Positions 12,761 to 26,569 of a stretch of DNA of 64,000 nt are shown piece by piece. Source of the stretch: Camelus dromedarius (Eukaryota). The translations under genes and the position numbers were made by a program. Every line of letters begins with the position of its first letter. Within the stretch, counting starts at the first letter, position 1. The DNA is taken from NCBI RefSeq assembly GCF_036321535.1, contig NC_087436.1:50408001-50472000 (forward strand), given 5' to 3'. The notes below the pieces were generated by a model, which did not search any database, had not been told where the DNA came from, and saw only the letters and a program-made list of their open reading frames with translations.

Positions 12761-12979
12761 AATAGGGGCCAGAATGTGAATGAAATCATATGGCAGATGA
12801 TAGGGTATCCAAATACTTATAAGCAGAGGAATGTAATTATTAACTACATTACGAGCATTGGGAGTATTATTTTAGAAAGATAACTGGTGGCAATGTGATG
12901 ATAAAGTTGAGACCAGTTAAAACACAATAATCTGTGGTTGAACAAGGAAACAGAATGGTTTGGAAACGAGGAGGGGTGG

Positions 12980-13540
12980 CTATTTATCTGTCTCCTCCAC
13001 CAGAATGTAAAACTCTATTAAGGGCAGGGACATTATTTTGTTTACTATTTTGTCCCAGTGTCCAGGATATTCTCAAGAAATATCTGGGAAAAACGACTAC
13101 ATAACTAGTAAGCTTCTGATAAATGTTTTTGTAATTAAATTTCCCAAGGCTTAAGATTTTTTCTATAAATGACAAAATCATGTTTTTGTTTTTTTCTGGC
13201 CCTTTTCAGTCCACTGTAGTGTATTATGCTGATACTACTCATTTTCAACACTCTTTCAGTTTCGACTCCAGATTTTTTTTACTTTTACTTCTAAAGAGTT
13301 ATTCACGACAATAAAATTTGAGACAAATCATAATAACATAGTATAACATAACAATACATAATCATATTCCACCATGTTAAAGTATGTATTTATTTGTAAA
13401 TTTATCTGTCTTCTCCCACTTGAAATAAGCACTATGTGGACAGATACTGTTTTTGTTGTTGCTGTCGACTTCTTTTCACTGATGCATCCCCTACTTCCCA
13501 GAATAGTGTCTGGCACATAGTAGACTGAATTATGCATTTG
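12980..13540 (+). mobile_element. Two L2 3'-end fragments (~12980-13140 and ~13340-13540)
   Basis: tttatctgtctcctccaccagaatgtaaa and tttatctgtcttctcccacttgaaataagc...agaatagtgtctggcacatagtag. Confidence 0.6.
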
Positions 13541-14554
13541 ATACAGAGAATGAAGCAGAAAGAACTTGAATAGAATTTCAGAGATTTACAGCCTTCAAAG
13601 CAGATGGATGGATAGTGATAATATCAATCAAGAACAAAGGAAATATTTTGGTGGGTAGGGCATATGAGTAGGTTTTGAGATACCTGTTCGAGACAAACGT
13701 GTATCACATTTTGACATGCTTTACAAAATAAAACGCACCTGAAGAAATGACTTCTGAACTAGGCTGTCTAACTCCCCCAGCACCCTAGCATGGTGCAACC
13801 CAGTTAATAACCTTGAAGTGCAGTACATTGGGTACAGTGTTTTTTTTAAAAGAAAAAAGAAAAGTGGGATACATCATCCCTCTATTCTTCCATCTCTGAC
13901 TCCAAGATAACAGACGATTTCAACTTTTGTGCATTCTTTGTTGGGATGGAAATAACTAGACATGTTTATAATGTAAATGCCCCCTTTTGGACCCTGTGTC
14001 ACTCCTCCTGTACTCACATCTGTTTCTTATGGAGGAAGTGATCAAAGGCAAGCTAGATCTCAGAGCACATAATGGTGCTGTGTACTGCAGGAGTCCCAGT
14101 CCTGATAGGGCCCGGTATCTTACATTTCTCCCCACGTTCCTGATTGGTGCTCATCAGGAGTAGGCACTTCCCTGAGTAGTCTATCCATTTCCCTCTGCTG
14201 CAGCAGAATTAGGAGCTTAGCTCTCATTGGCTTATTTTACCTAAGACCTACTAGTGAGAATAGCAAAGAATTATAACTTCTCCAGTATTTTGCCTTATTA
14301 AGGAGCAGAATTTAATATACCAGTTATTATTTAGATACTAAAACATTCTTCTCACCATCTCATACTGATGAATGCAAATTCTTCTCTGATTCACTGTACA
14401 TCAATGTTAAATCTAATCATAGTGAGACTCGTAGTACCCTTTTCCTAGAGGAGATTATTGTAACACTGTTCTGTAGGAAATTCCTTCCACAGGTTTATAA
14501 TTCATATCCTTTTCCCCTAAGCCTTCCCAAATAATAATAATGAAAAAAAAAAAT

Positions 14555-14765
14555 TCTGTAGCCCTTATGTGCTCTGAGCACTATCCTAATTATCTTACAT
14601 ATATTAAATCATATAATCATCAAAACAATATTGTGAAATAAGTACTATTATTACACTCACTTTACAATATAAAACTGAAGTTTAGAAAGATGAAGTAACA
14701 GTACCAAGATGGATCACACCAGTAGTGGAGCTCAAATTCTAATCTAGGCATTGTGGCTTCAAATA
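14555..14765 (-). mobile_element. MIR SINE
   Basis: atttacagatgaggaaactgaggc-like core (ctttacaatataaaactgaagtttagaaagatgaagtaac). Confidence 0.6.
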
Positions 14766-16184
14766 TAGTATTATGCAAATATAATATTATGTAATAATAT
14801 TTGAACTTTAAAAGTGAAAAGATTTTTCAATAAAGTATTCTCCCCCAAAAAATCTATGTATAGGTACCAAAGAACAGGATAATTTTCAAAATGCCATCAC
14901 AGAGATTTGAAAATATTTTATCATTGCTTAAATATTATAAATCAATATTACAGTCATAACTCAAAAATATTTGAGGTGTCTGTGAGGATAGTACTTCCTG
15001 AGGAAATTAAAATCTGTAGCCCAAAATATTCAAGTTTCTTCTTAAAATTTTTCTGAAAAAAAGTACATAACTTGTGTTAGAGTATGGGCACACTAGCGCA
15101 AGAAAGGAAAGAAGCCTTAAATGATCAAGGAATCTAAAATTTTCTTTATACTCTATTAGGTATCTGTGTTAGACATTTGGATCATTAGAAATACAGTGAT
15201 GTATATGTGAAAGTGTAAATCACACCATTGGACCATATCAGCTGACTTGATCCAATAAATTTATTTCAGATAAATTTATTCTATGTACAATTCAGGCTTG
15301 AAAACCTCAGTGATCTGATACACATATAGAACAGAGAAGCCAAAGAAGAAATTCTGTGTCTCAAAGGCAAACTATGGATTTTATAACAAATAAAAGATTT
15401 TTTTTAAGTTTTACCCAAAGCAAAATTTTTAAAAAAGGAGATAAATACCAAAGATTAGCAAAGCAAATGTTACAAAGAACTACCAAATTAAATCTAAAAT
15501 GTGGAATGCTTGATATTACAGTTCCAGTTCTCCTGTGAAATCTGAAAATATTAGACTTTTTTAACAATGTGTATGACAACAGTTGCCAACTTATAATGTA
15601 ACTTAAACACTTTTTATAGTCAAACCACCTGAGAAAGTAATGCTGTACCTTAATGATATCATCAATGGTGGTTCATAAACACTAGAATCTCAACTATATT
15701 CATAATAATAAAAATTTTCTGAAATTTACATATTATATCTGTATTGAGACTGTACAAAAGCTGTTTACTTAGCATTACCTAATTTAGACTGTTCAGCATT
15801 GCCCTTTTATGTAGAACATAATGTTCACTTGTTGCAAAATCCAAAAATACTCCCAAGAAACAAAATACTACAAATCCATCTAAGTAAAATGTTTTCTCTT
15901 CTTTTAAATTTAGGCTTATAATAATTCAAAGGAGCTGACTGATCCTGCAGATTAATTTAAAGTAGAACTAAAGAAGGCTGCATGAGATTATGTGTGATTT
16001 GAGGTCACAGAATGGACAAAAGTGTTTCCTTGGCTCCCTGGAAGAGTCTGCAGGATGATAGCAAGAATACTGCAAGGTACAAACTCCTGCCTTCTTCAGC
16101 CTCTCCAGGGAGCATCACTATGGTCTGTATGCTGAATCATATCTACCCTGTTCCTCAGCCAGTCCTGACTCAGGAATAGATGTA

Positions 16185-17161
16185 CAGTTGACCTTTGAAC
16201 AACACGGGGGTCAGGAGCACTAACCCCTGTGCAGCGAAAATCCATGTGTAACTTTTGACTCCCCGTAAACTTTACTAATAGCCTCCTGTTGACAGAAGCC
16301 TTATCAATAACAGAGTCAGTTAATACATATTTTGTATATTATATGTATTATATACTGTATTCTTACAATAAAGTAAGCTAGAGAAAAGAAAATGTTATTA
16401 AGAAAATCATAAGGAGGAGAAAAGACATTTACAGTATTGTATTTATCAATACCATAAGTTTACAAAGTCTGTTTACAAGATGAATAGTCTTCCTGTCAGT
16501 ACCAACATCAATATTATCTCATATGATACAAAGCACTGTAGATGTTATATGTATTACTAACACTAAACTTCAAAAATGAAAAGATAATATGAAGAGAAAT
16601 TTATATGTATTTACAGGTATGAGGAATCATGCATGCATTGATAATGAAAAAGCAGCAATACAGATTGTTTATGGTAGCCTAGGGCTACTGATACTATTGC
16701 CTCAGGGTGGCCTAGCGAATACGCTAACAAATGAATCGTTTTACAAATTTTATGGCATAGAGTATTACAGTCATATTCATAATACAGTATTGGAAATATT
16801 GTTACTTTTTAAAATGTGATAATAGGCTGATAATGGAGTTTCCCCAATTATGAGCGAGGCATACTATACAGCAATGTAATTTTAAAGCAAAGTTATAAAA
16901 CAGTAAGAAAACTAACGCATTATTAATTTTATATTAACTATCACTCACCTTATGCCTATGTAATGAGAGATTACATATGCCTACCTATATTTTATGCATT
17001 CATGATACCTAACATTTTCTCAATTTGTTCAATACTTCCAGGCTATATGATTTGACTACAAGCTTTTTCAAATTGTCACAAATCTCCAATATATTTATCG
17101 GAAAAAAATGTGTATAAATGGACCCATTAAGTTCAAACCCATGTTGCTCAAAGGTCAACTG
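16185..17161. mobile_element. Tigger2-family (TcMar) internally deleted DNA transposon, 977 bp, both termini intact
   Basis: 24-bp terminal inverted repeats cagttgacctttgaacaacacggg and cccatgttgctcaaaggtcaactg (2 mismatches). TA duplication at 16183-16184 and 17162-17163. No transposase ORF. Confidence 0.92.
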
Positions 17162-17334
17162 TACAACCTCAGCCCCACTAACTTAATGTGATTGTCACTG
17201 TGCCACATAAGTCCTCCTGAGCTGTTTTTCAGGCTGCAAATTTCTCCTGAATTTTCTTCTTCTTTCACCTAAAGAATCTACTGAATCCATCTTTGGGACT
17301 CTTATTTATCTTGGTTTCCCTACCTAGTGGAAGT

Positions 17335-17590
17335 AATAATAATATAGCAAATATTTGTTGAGTGTCAACTATATGCAGGGCATTTTTCACAGCACTTAAT
17401 ACTTATTAATCTTATTAAATTCTTGCCACAACGTTATGAAGTAGATAACATTACCATCCCTATCTCACAGACGAGGATATCTAATCAGAGAGAAGTTAAA
17501 CAAGTTTCCCAAAGTCACTATAAGTAGTACAACTAAGATTTGAACCCAGGTAATCTGGCCCCACGGACCATGCTCCTAACCATTATGTCA
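17335..17590 (-). mobile_element. MIR SINE
   Basis: atatttgttgagtgtcaactatatgcagggca...ccatccctatctcacagacgaggat...gatttgaacccagg. Confidence 0.8.
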
Positions 17591-18359
17591 TGCCTTATTA
17601 GGAATGACCTTTTCCTTGAACTCTTCTTGCCTTTTTGGGTGTCCAAGGCCATATTTCCTCTCAATAACTGTCAGTCACATGGAATAGAGAGGGATATCCC
17701 ATAAGCAGTTTCTATGTTGGCTATCATAGTCTAGGGTTCTGTTATGAGTATAGTATTGGCTCAAAACTTCAATGCCTACTTGATTTGGGGAATCTGCTAT
17801 GGCTGCATATTAATCCTCATGCTTAGAACAAATGTCCAGATCTCAGTTGAGCTTGCCACTCTCTTTGGATTAGTGTACTGACTTCAGCTGCCTCAAGATT
17901 CAACTGGTATAATCCATTTAATTTCTCCAACCCCAGTTCTGCTCAGTCTGGCTTCCATCGTGTTCCACTTTATAACTAACTATAATCAACTGTAATCAAT
18001 GACTATTTGGTCATTTGAGTTACATAACAGGGTGAATTTATACACTGAGATTCAGACTTCCACAAGAGAACGCAAATAGAGGAATTACAGCACCAAAGGA
18101 CAGAATCTGTGGAAAAGCAACCCAATGAGAGTGTGCTGCAACAGAAATGGGAGTGAGGTTAACATGTATCAAGCAACCATATGTTGCAGACACTGTTCTA
18201 GCTGGAGTTGTGTAAATTATCTCTTTAACCTGTTATCCACAAGTAGAACTTTGGGAAAATGAGAGCTTTGGGGAAACAAAATTGCAGCCAGCTTTGGTAG
18301 GCAGAACAGAGTGAAAGTGGCAGTGGAACTCAAGTATGTCCATGAAAGTATTAAGATAG

Positions 18360-18600
18360 TAATAAAAAAGTAATTACCTATGCCACACTATATGCCAACA
18401 GCATGTTAGGAAGTTTAACTACATGTAGTCATTGAGTCCTCAGAAAAATCCTATATGATAATTAGTACTATCCTATTTTTAAGGATAAAGAAACTAAGAC
18501 TTAGAGTTTGAGTAACTTACCCAAAGTGTCACGGAATTAGTAAGTGGCAGAGCTAAAAACGAAATCTCAACTTTACTGGTTGAAAAGCACATTACTTTTT
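18360..18600 (-). mobile_element. MIR SINE
   Basis: tatcctatttttaaggataaagaaactaagacttagagtttgagtaacttacccaaag...agtaagtggcagagct. Confidence 0.75.
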
Positions 18601-19477
18601 CTATATTCCATGTTCATAGTAAAACAAGATCAGGGTCAGCTATGATACCAACTGCAGATGAACTGGATCCTTTAAACATGATTGGGGCAGCAGTCCTGGA
18701 TAATCTTGGGGTTGCTCACAACCACAGTAGCAATGGAGCCAGCAAAACAGCAATAACGATAATGACATTGGACTAGAACCAGCAGGAACAGCCACAAAAA
18801 TGAGACCAAGGGAGGAGGCAAGAGCAGCTAAAGCCAGAAATGAAGCTCAGCGGTGCTGGTAATACTGATTACAGCAACAATGTGGGAAGCGGGGGTATTC
18901 AGTACTATGTGGAGGCAGAGACCTTGAATCACCCCCAAGTCAAGGACAGTCAAGTATTTGCACATGGGAATCAGCTCTTGACTTTCCATGGGCAAACATA
19001 ATCTAGGAAATGGTATATAATTATTGTAGGCTTAACTGGTTATCAAATCCTGCCTATTCTCCCTTTCTAGTACCTGTTCACTCTCATCACGCTGAATACT
19101 TCTAGCCAGAGAGTATTTCATTGGAAATATTACAGTAATATCCTTAAATCTTCCCACCACTTCTAATCCATTTTTTATAATGTTGCCAGAAGGTGAACAT
19201 GATCACATCACTCCCCAAATGAAAACATTATGATAATCGTGATAATGTCCAAAATTGTCAATGAAGTCATTTTTTTCTAACCATACCAATAAATACCATT
19301 GTGTTATTTCATGCCTCTGTCCCTTGTAATTCTGCACCTTCCACCTTTTTTCTCTTTCCCCGTTCCACTCTGCAGTCTACCTAACCACCTGGAGAACACA
19401 AAATCAAGGCTCAGTTTAAACATTTTTCTTTCATGAAGTCCTTTAATGACTCAGTTAGGAATAGCTACTTCCTTTTA

Positions 19478-19537
<60 letters not shown>
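19478..19537. repeat. Perfect (ATAG)15 microsatellite
   Basis: Read directly: 60 bp uninterrupted. Confidence 0.98.
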
Positions 19538-19538
<1 letters not shown>

Positions 19539-19603
19539 AGAAAGAAAATATTGTCAGTACCTAGGATGATCTGAAACATATTTGTTAAGTAGTAAATACT
19601 GGT

Positions 19604-19750
19604 AGAAAGGAAGAGAAGAAAGCAGAAAGAAAGGGGAAAAGGAATGGGGAAGGTAGGAAGAAAAGACAGGAAGGAAAGAAGAAGATAGGAAGGGTGGAAA
19701 GGAGGGAGAGAGGGAGAGGGAAGGAGGAGAGGAGAAAGGAAAGAAAGTAA
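19604..19750. repeat. GA-rich low-complexity polypurine tract
   Basis: Almost exclusively A/G on the + strand. Confidence 0.9.
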
Positions 19751-19929
19751 GAATAATTTAGTTGAGACTTGATAGCCATGTGATCCTGAAAACTATAATC
19801 AAAAATACATTCATTTCACAAAATTATATGCAAAGATGCTTCCAATTATCTTGCTCTATATATGTGAGTACACCAGAAAAGACTTACAAATCTCAAACAT
19901 GAGAATCCTCTGATTTATAGCTCCTTTAA

Positions 19930-20150
19930 AAATAACAATCTGTAGCACGTGCCAGGTATTCTATTATGTACTTTATAAAGTGCCTTCTTAATCCTTACAA
20001 CAATTATATGAGGCAGGAACTATTATTCCCACCATATCGATCAAGAAATTAAAACAGGAGAAGTTTGCACATAGCTAGTACATTGCTAGCAAGTAGTAAA
20101 AGAGAGTACAAGTTCAGGCGTTCTGATTCTAAAGCTTGTGCCCTTAAATT
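19930..20150 (-). mobile_element. MIR SINE
   Basis: cttaatccttacaacaattatatgaggcaggaactattattcccacc. Confidence 0.65.
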
Positions 20151-21321
20151 ATGCTCTAAATCCATCCAATTGATCACTTTAATTTCCAGACTTCCCTAGA
20201 CTTTGCTGGTCTACTCCATCTCTATTTTCTGTATGAAAACAGTCCACTCCATTTCTATTTTCTGTATGCCATGCTGCTGTTCCCTCTGCCTTCCTTTGCG
20301 AGGAAATCACAAGTTAATGACAGTACTTCGAGTGCTTTAGGGATTTGAGGCATTTCTTCTCTGTGAGCACTCTCCATTCAAAATATGCCAGATTTCTTGG
20401 TGTCCAGCTAATACACATTTTTCACAAAAGTCTAGACCAGAAAAGCTATGTTTTTTTTCAAGCATCTCAAAGGGCTAAAGAATTAAGAGTATGTGTTCAT
20501 TTACCAGAAAAATACAGCATTTTGTACATTAGTAATATGTGTAAATATTCTTTATGTCTAAAATAGAAAGGACAGAGTTGAGAGAGAAGTGAAGAACTTG
20601 TTAGGGGCTATCATGCATTTATTGATTTATTTATTTAAAAAATATGTTTTGAGGTTTTTAATAGCCAGCACTAAATGCTATGGATTATTAATGGGACAAG
20701 TAGAAAAAAAGCGTAAGGGAACAACACTGAGAAGGAAGCCCAAAAATCTCAGCCTTTTACACAGCAAGGACATGCTTGAAGTTACTGATAAATTGTTTAC
20801 TTGACAATATTTATGTGACAATAAAAGCTACTTCTGAACTAAGTAGTTCTCTATTCTGAATGACACAGAGTGTTTTTTTGTACAGCTCAGTCTGGCTTTC
20901 CGAAAATCTATTTATGTTTGGCTGAAAGCATCTTCAGTATTCCAGAGTATCAAGAAAGGTTTATACTAGTAACACTTTAAAAATGGGAATACAGGCTAAT
21001 GATGACTTAATATTTCTTAAGCAAGACGGTATAACACAACCACCAAAATGGCATAATAATAACAAATCCAAATAATTATAACTCAAAAACTCAGATTCCA
21101 AATCTATTCTCTGATCTTTTTGTTGCAAATATTTTCTCCCAGTTTTAGTGTCCTTTTCTTGTGAAGAAATAAAAGATTTTAAAAAATTGAAAAAATAAAA
21201 CTCAGATTCACAGATAGTTAAAACAGTCATGATAAACAATGAATTAGAACATAGAAATAATGAGTGCAATAACCCTGCTTTACAATATAGTGTACTTTGG
21301 AGAAAAAAAAGTGAATAAAGG

Positions 21322-21495
21322 GCTGCAAATGGCAAAATATCCTTCTTTCTTATGGGTGAGTTGTAATCCATTTCATATACATGCTGCATCTTCTTTATCC
21401 ATTCATCTAGTGATGTGCACTTAGGATGCTTCCGTATCTTGGCTATTATAAATAATGTTGCTGTAATAGCAGGGTGTATGTATCTTTTTGAATCA
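21322..21495 (-). mobile_element. Internal L1 ORF2 fragment
   Basis: gctgcaaatggcaaaatatccttctttcttatgg...atcttctttatccattcatct; translation YNSPIRKKDILPFAA. Confidence 0.88.
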
Positions 21496-23789
21496 ATCCT
21501 TATTTTGTGGTTGGCTTTATTCCTTTGATAACTATGTAAGTTTAAAAACCTAAAGCTGTAAACATTCTTAGAAACAATAAATAGTACATATATGTAAATT
21601 TTTAAAATATGTGCAGTAAATATATGTATATATAATGTACTTCATATTAAAGAATGAGGAAAAATTATAAAGAAAGTTTACAGGAGAGTTATAAAGATAT
21701 TATGAGTTTCAAAATCCTACGTCTTAAGAAAGATTAGGTGAGCTGAAATTTTTTGACCTGAAGAACCAAAGGTTGAAAAATAATTGTGTTTTAAAGTATC
21801 CAGTCCTTAAAACAAAGGATGGCAACCATCATTGTCCAATTTCCGAAATGACAGAGTCAGCAAACGTATAAATACATTAGTAGAATTTGTATCATCAAAG
21901 GTGATGATAAAAAATGTGAATAAGTTCTCATTTTTATAAAAAATGATAAAAAGGTTAAAAATTACCTTTTTTTACATATCCATATATATTACTTCATTTA
22001 TGCTCAAAAAACTCTTAGGTTTTAACATCCCCTTTTGAGAAATTAAGAAATTAAAGCTCATAAATATTATATAACTTGCATAAGTTCACATAGCTGGTAA
22101 GAGGAAGAGTTAGAGTGAAATATTTCACTGCAGAGCTAATGCTATCACACTAAGAACACTGTAAGAGTAGACAAATTGAAATTTTTTCATGTTTAACTCC
22201 AGTTCCCCAGTTCTGTCCCTCACCATCCATGGCACCCTGATAACTACTTCAAGGAAGCCAATTTCCTCATCTATAAAATGATCAATTGAAGTAATAATCT
22301 CTAAGATTTCTTTCTATCCTACAATTTGGAGGCTCTAAAAACCTAGAGAAACTAGTTGGCATCTAGACATTAAGAATGTGTAAAAGACTGTGGGCTATTC
22401 CAAGCAACTCAAAATCGTTTATTGTTATCTCTGTCCATACAAGTTTACATTGTGGTTAGAGTGATGACAAGTATGTGAAAAGTCGGCACAGAAGTTACAT
22501 AATTGTTCAAGATGGCAAATATACCATGGAGAAAATAAATTCTACAGGAGTTCAGAGGAGAGGAGGGAGTGGACTTGAGAGAAGACATTAAGATGAAGAC
22601 AGAACGTGAGTGAGATAATTAGAAATGAGAGTTTGGATCTACAGATGCAGGAGCATATTTTATTACACATGCATTATGTGTTAAGCACTTTGTTAGGTAT
22701 TTCATTACATCATTTTATTGAGACTTCAGAATGATAATACTATTGTACAGTCGGGACTCTAGCATCCAGAGGGGTTAAGTATCCTATCTGGAAGCTCAAA
22801 AAGAGAATGTGACTGAGCTAGAATGAAAACACAGGTTTATCTAAATCCAAATTCAGTCTCTTTGCACTATGTGACACATCTGTAGACACAACTTCAGGAG
22901 CAAAACTGTGGGGAAAACAATGCCAACGCTGTTCAGTGGACTGCAAGTAAGTAACTTTAATGGGAGAAGCAGGCTTGAAGCTGGGATGGCAGAGTGAGGC
23001 CAAGTCACAGAGGGCTTCTCAGACAGGAAGCCCAGACCTGAACTAAAAATGTGGTTAAAAAAATAAGAGAATCCAGGGCAGGGGAAGAAGAGAGTGCACT
23101 CAATCAGAAAAATAGCTACAGCTGCTCCATTTTACTATAGCTGCAAAGTGGCAGACCACGAGCTATCTCTGGCCTACCGACCAGTTTAATTTAACTCAAA
23201 AGGTGATTTTATAAATTGTAAGTAGACGAAATTTAACAACTAGAAATAAAGATACCAACATTTCCGTGTTTTCTTTCAAAAATCAGACTACTTAATATTG
23301 GACGGTCACTTGTTGCCATTCCCAGATGGTAGCGAGGATTTACCTTCTATAAACAGGACATGAACTCAATCCAGACAGAATGTCCACTCTAATGTGGTGG
23401 CTCTCTAATCTCCTGCTGGTACCTGGGGGCCTTTGCATTTGTAACCTCTGTTTAGAATCTATTAGATTGGCCTTAGATATTAGAAGGAACAGTTCTGAAA
23501 TTGATATTTGGAAATCATTAAGTTAGATGGACAAGGAGAGAAATGTTTACATTTTCTTATAATATGATTAAAGGAAAACATGATAGGATTATGGATAACT
23601 GTTGTTTTCATTCCTTCCATAAGAGAAGGAGAATGTTTTAAAAATACTCAAAAGAACTGTTGCCTGTTGAAAGAGAGGAAGGGGAAGGGAATGAGGGTAA
23701 GGTTGACACTGTATGTTACTATTTTTGTTATTAAAAAAAAGTCTAGCATAGGTGAAATAATTTTGTATCTCTTTAATTTGCTGATTTGG

Positions 23790-25140
23790 TACATAAGAGA
23801 CACAACTCAATATCAAAACAAGAAGTAATCTGCTTAAAAATGGGCAGAGGACCTGAATATACATTTTTCCAAAGAAGATACACAGATGGCCAACAGGCAT
23901 ATGAAAAGTTGATCAACATCACTAATCATCAGGAAATTGCAAATCAAAACCACAATGAGGTACCACCTCAACCTGTCAGAATGGCTATTATCAAAAGACA
24001 AAAAGTGACAAGTGTTGACAAGGATGTGAAGACAAGTGATTGGTGGGACTGTAAATTGACACAACCACTATAGAAAACAAGATCCCTTACAAGAAAAATT
24101 TAAAATGACCATATGATCCATTAATTCCACTCCTGGGTATTAATCCAAAGAAAACAAAAACTCTAATTCAAAAAGATATATGCACCCCTATACTAACTGA
24201 AGCATTATTTATGATAGCCAAGATATGGAAGCAACCTAAGTGCCCACCAACAGATGAATGAATAAAGATGTGGTATACATACAATGGAGTACTGCTCAGC
24301 CACGGAAAAGAATGAAACCTTGACATTTGCAACAACATGGATAGAAGTAAAGGATACTATGCTAGGTGAAATAAGTCAAACAAAGACACATACTGTATAA
24401 TTTCACTCATACTGGGATCTAAGAAACAACAAATGAACAAACATAACTAAACAAAAACAGTCATAAATACAAAGAATGAACAGGTCATTGACAGAGTGGA
24501 GGGGAATGCAGGAAGGAGAGATATAGGTGAGGGAGATTAAGAGGTACAAGCTTTCAACTACAAAATAAATGAATCACAGGTATGAAATGTACAGTGTGGG
24601 GGAATATAGTCAATAATTATGTAATACTGTTGTATGGTGACAAATGGTAAGAGACTTGTGATCATTTTGAAATGTATAGAAATCACTATGTTGTGCAAGA
24701 GGAACTAGCATAGTGTTGTAGGTCAGTTATACTTCAAAATGAAACAAACTCATAGAAAAAGAGATAATATTTGTGGTTATGGGAGGAGGGGGTTGTGGGG
24801 AGGAGAACTGGAGGAAGGTAACCAAAAGGTACAAACTTCTAGTTATATGACAAAAAGGTACTAGGAATGTAATGTACAACATGGTAAATATTATTAACAC
24901 TATGGGTATGTTATATATTAAAGTTGTTAAGAGAGAGTAAATCCTAAGAGTTCTCATCACAAGGGAAAAAATTTTTTTTCTATTTCTTTAATTTTATATC
25001 TATACAAGATGACAGATGTTCTATAAACCTTTTGTAAAAATCATTTCATGATATAAGTCAAATCATTATGCTGTACTGCCTAAACTTATTCAGTGCTGTA
25101 TGTCAATTATATCTCAATAAAACTGGAAGAAAAAAAGAAA
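23790..25140 (+). mobile_element. 5'-truncated older L1 (L1MA-type 3' UTR)
   Basis: ORF2 C-terminal remnant (gcaaatcaaaaccacaatgaggtaccacctca), then a long 3' UTR ending tgtcaattatatctcaataaaactggaagaaaaaaa. Confidence 0.93.
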
Positions 25141-26569
25141 ATATTTTAGATTCAGAAACCTAAGATACATAACAACTCAATATAATATGTGATATATGAT
25201 TGAATTCTGGTGCAAATAAACTGAGTAAAAAAAGCATTTTCAGGACAAACAGAAATTTGAACACAGGCTGAAGATTAGATGAGATTAAAATATGGTAACT
25301 CTCAATACCCAATCCAATACAATAAAAGTACATTATCTTTTGAGTGGGTTATCATTCAAAAGATTTCATGGTTCTATCTCTTTATAGTAAGTGAATACCT
25401 TAAATGCTAAACCTTATTCTTTGCTTAAATATTTTTTACTTTACATAAAGAGAAAAGTCTATAAGAGAAAACTTTATGAAAAGCATAATCCTATTTTCCA
25501 TATGTATTCTAAATCAGATATTAGGTAAGGAAATAAAAACCACCTCTATTTAGACAGGTTAGGGTATGATCATTATGAAGTCCTAGAGCACATTTCTAAC
25601 TGATGTCCTCAGGAAATGTTTAAGGACAAGGCTGAAAATATTTTATTAAAGTTAATTGTGCAATAACTTTCAGACACATTATAAAATAAAATGATCAAAT
25701 GCTTTCCATCTCCAATTCCCCACAAAAGGACAGACTAAAAGAATATTCAAGATCTCTTCTGACATCATTAACACACATACGGCAACTAAGGTCATTGCTG
25801 AGATATACTCAGTATCTTAAAGGGTTGACATCAAACCATGTATAACGAGAAAAAAAATGTTTCTAAGTTCAATAGAAACACAGGATTCTGAAATACCACA
25901 CACAAGAGGGTTATCTATATTAAAATGCTCTTGTATTTAAAGTACTGAGTGTTTTGGGGTTTGTTTAGCTTTTGTTCTTTTAAAAAGCTGAATCTTTTGT
26001 TACAGAAAATGAATTCATAAAAAGTATACCATAGACATATTTTATTTATGAGTTAGTCCCACACTATATTGGTTTTGGTTTTGTTTATCTCTGTCAATAT
26101 GCCTAAATGATGTATACTTGAGTAGGAAGCCAGAAAGTATATTTGTGTATGAGATTACTTTATTACCATCGCTTCCTAACCATTTGATAACTCAGTGTAA
26201 CTTAAATCAGCAATACAATACCAATCATTCTTTCCTGACCCTCTCATTCCACACCAAATGTCTTATATTCCCAAAAAGCGATGGAGACGACCACCGGTTG
26301 TCTTGAAAGACAACACATACAAGGCATCTATTATTTCTATTTAATAAAAATAGCTATGTCTTATCTAATTTATCAGCAGAAAGTATAATATGAGCTTTCA
26401 TTTTTAGTGTATTTGAGCATGTTCTTTCTAAACTTACACAGAAGTAGTGACCAAATAAGCTGCTGTTACTTCTACTTACTGTGTAAAGCTTTGAAAAATA
26501 TAAATTGACATTTAACCAAATTGATTCATTATTCTAAAATTTTTGTTTCAACAGTAATTATATTTTATA

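Noticed and set aside
16589..16819. ORF inside the Tigger2 element as a domesticated transposase
   Set aside because: Only 76 aa, with no recognisable HTH or DDE motif.
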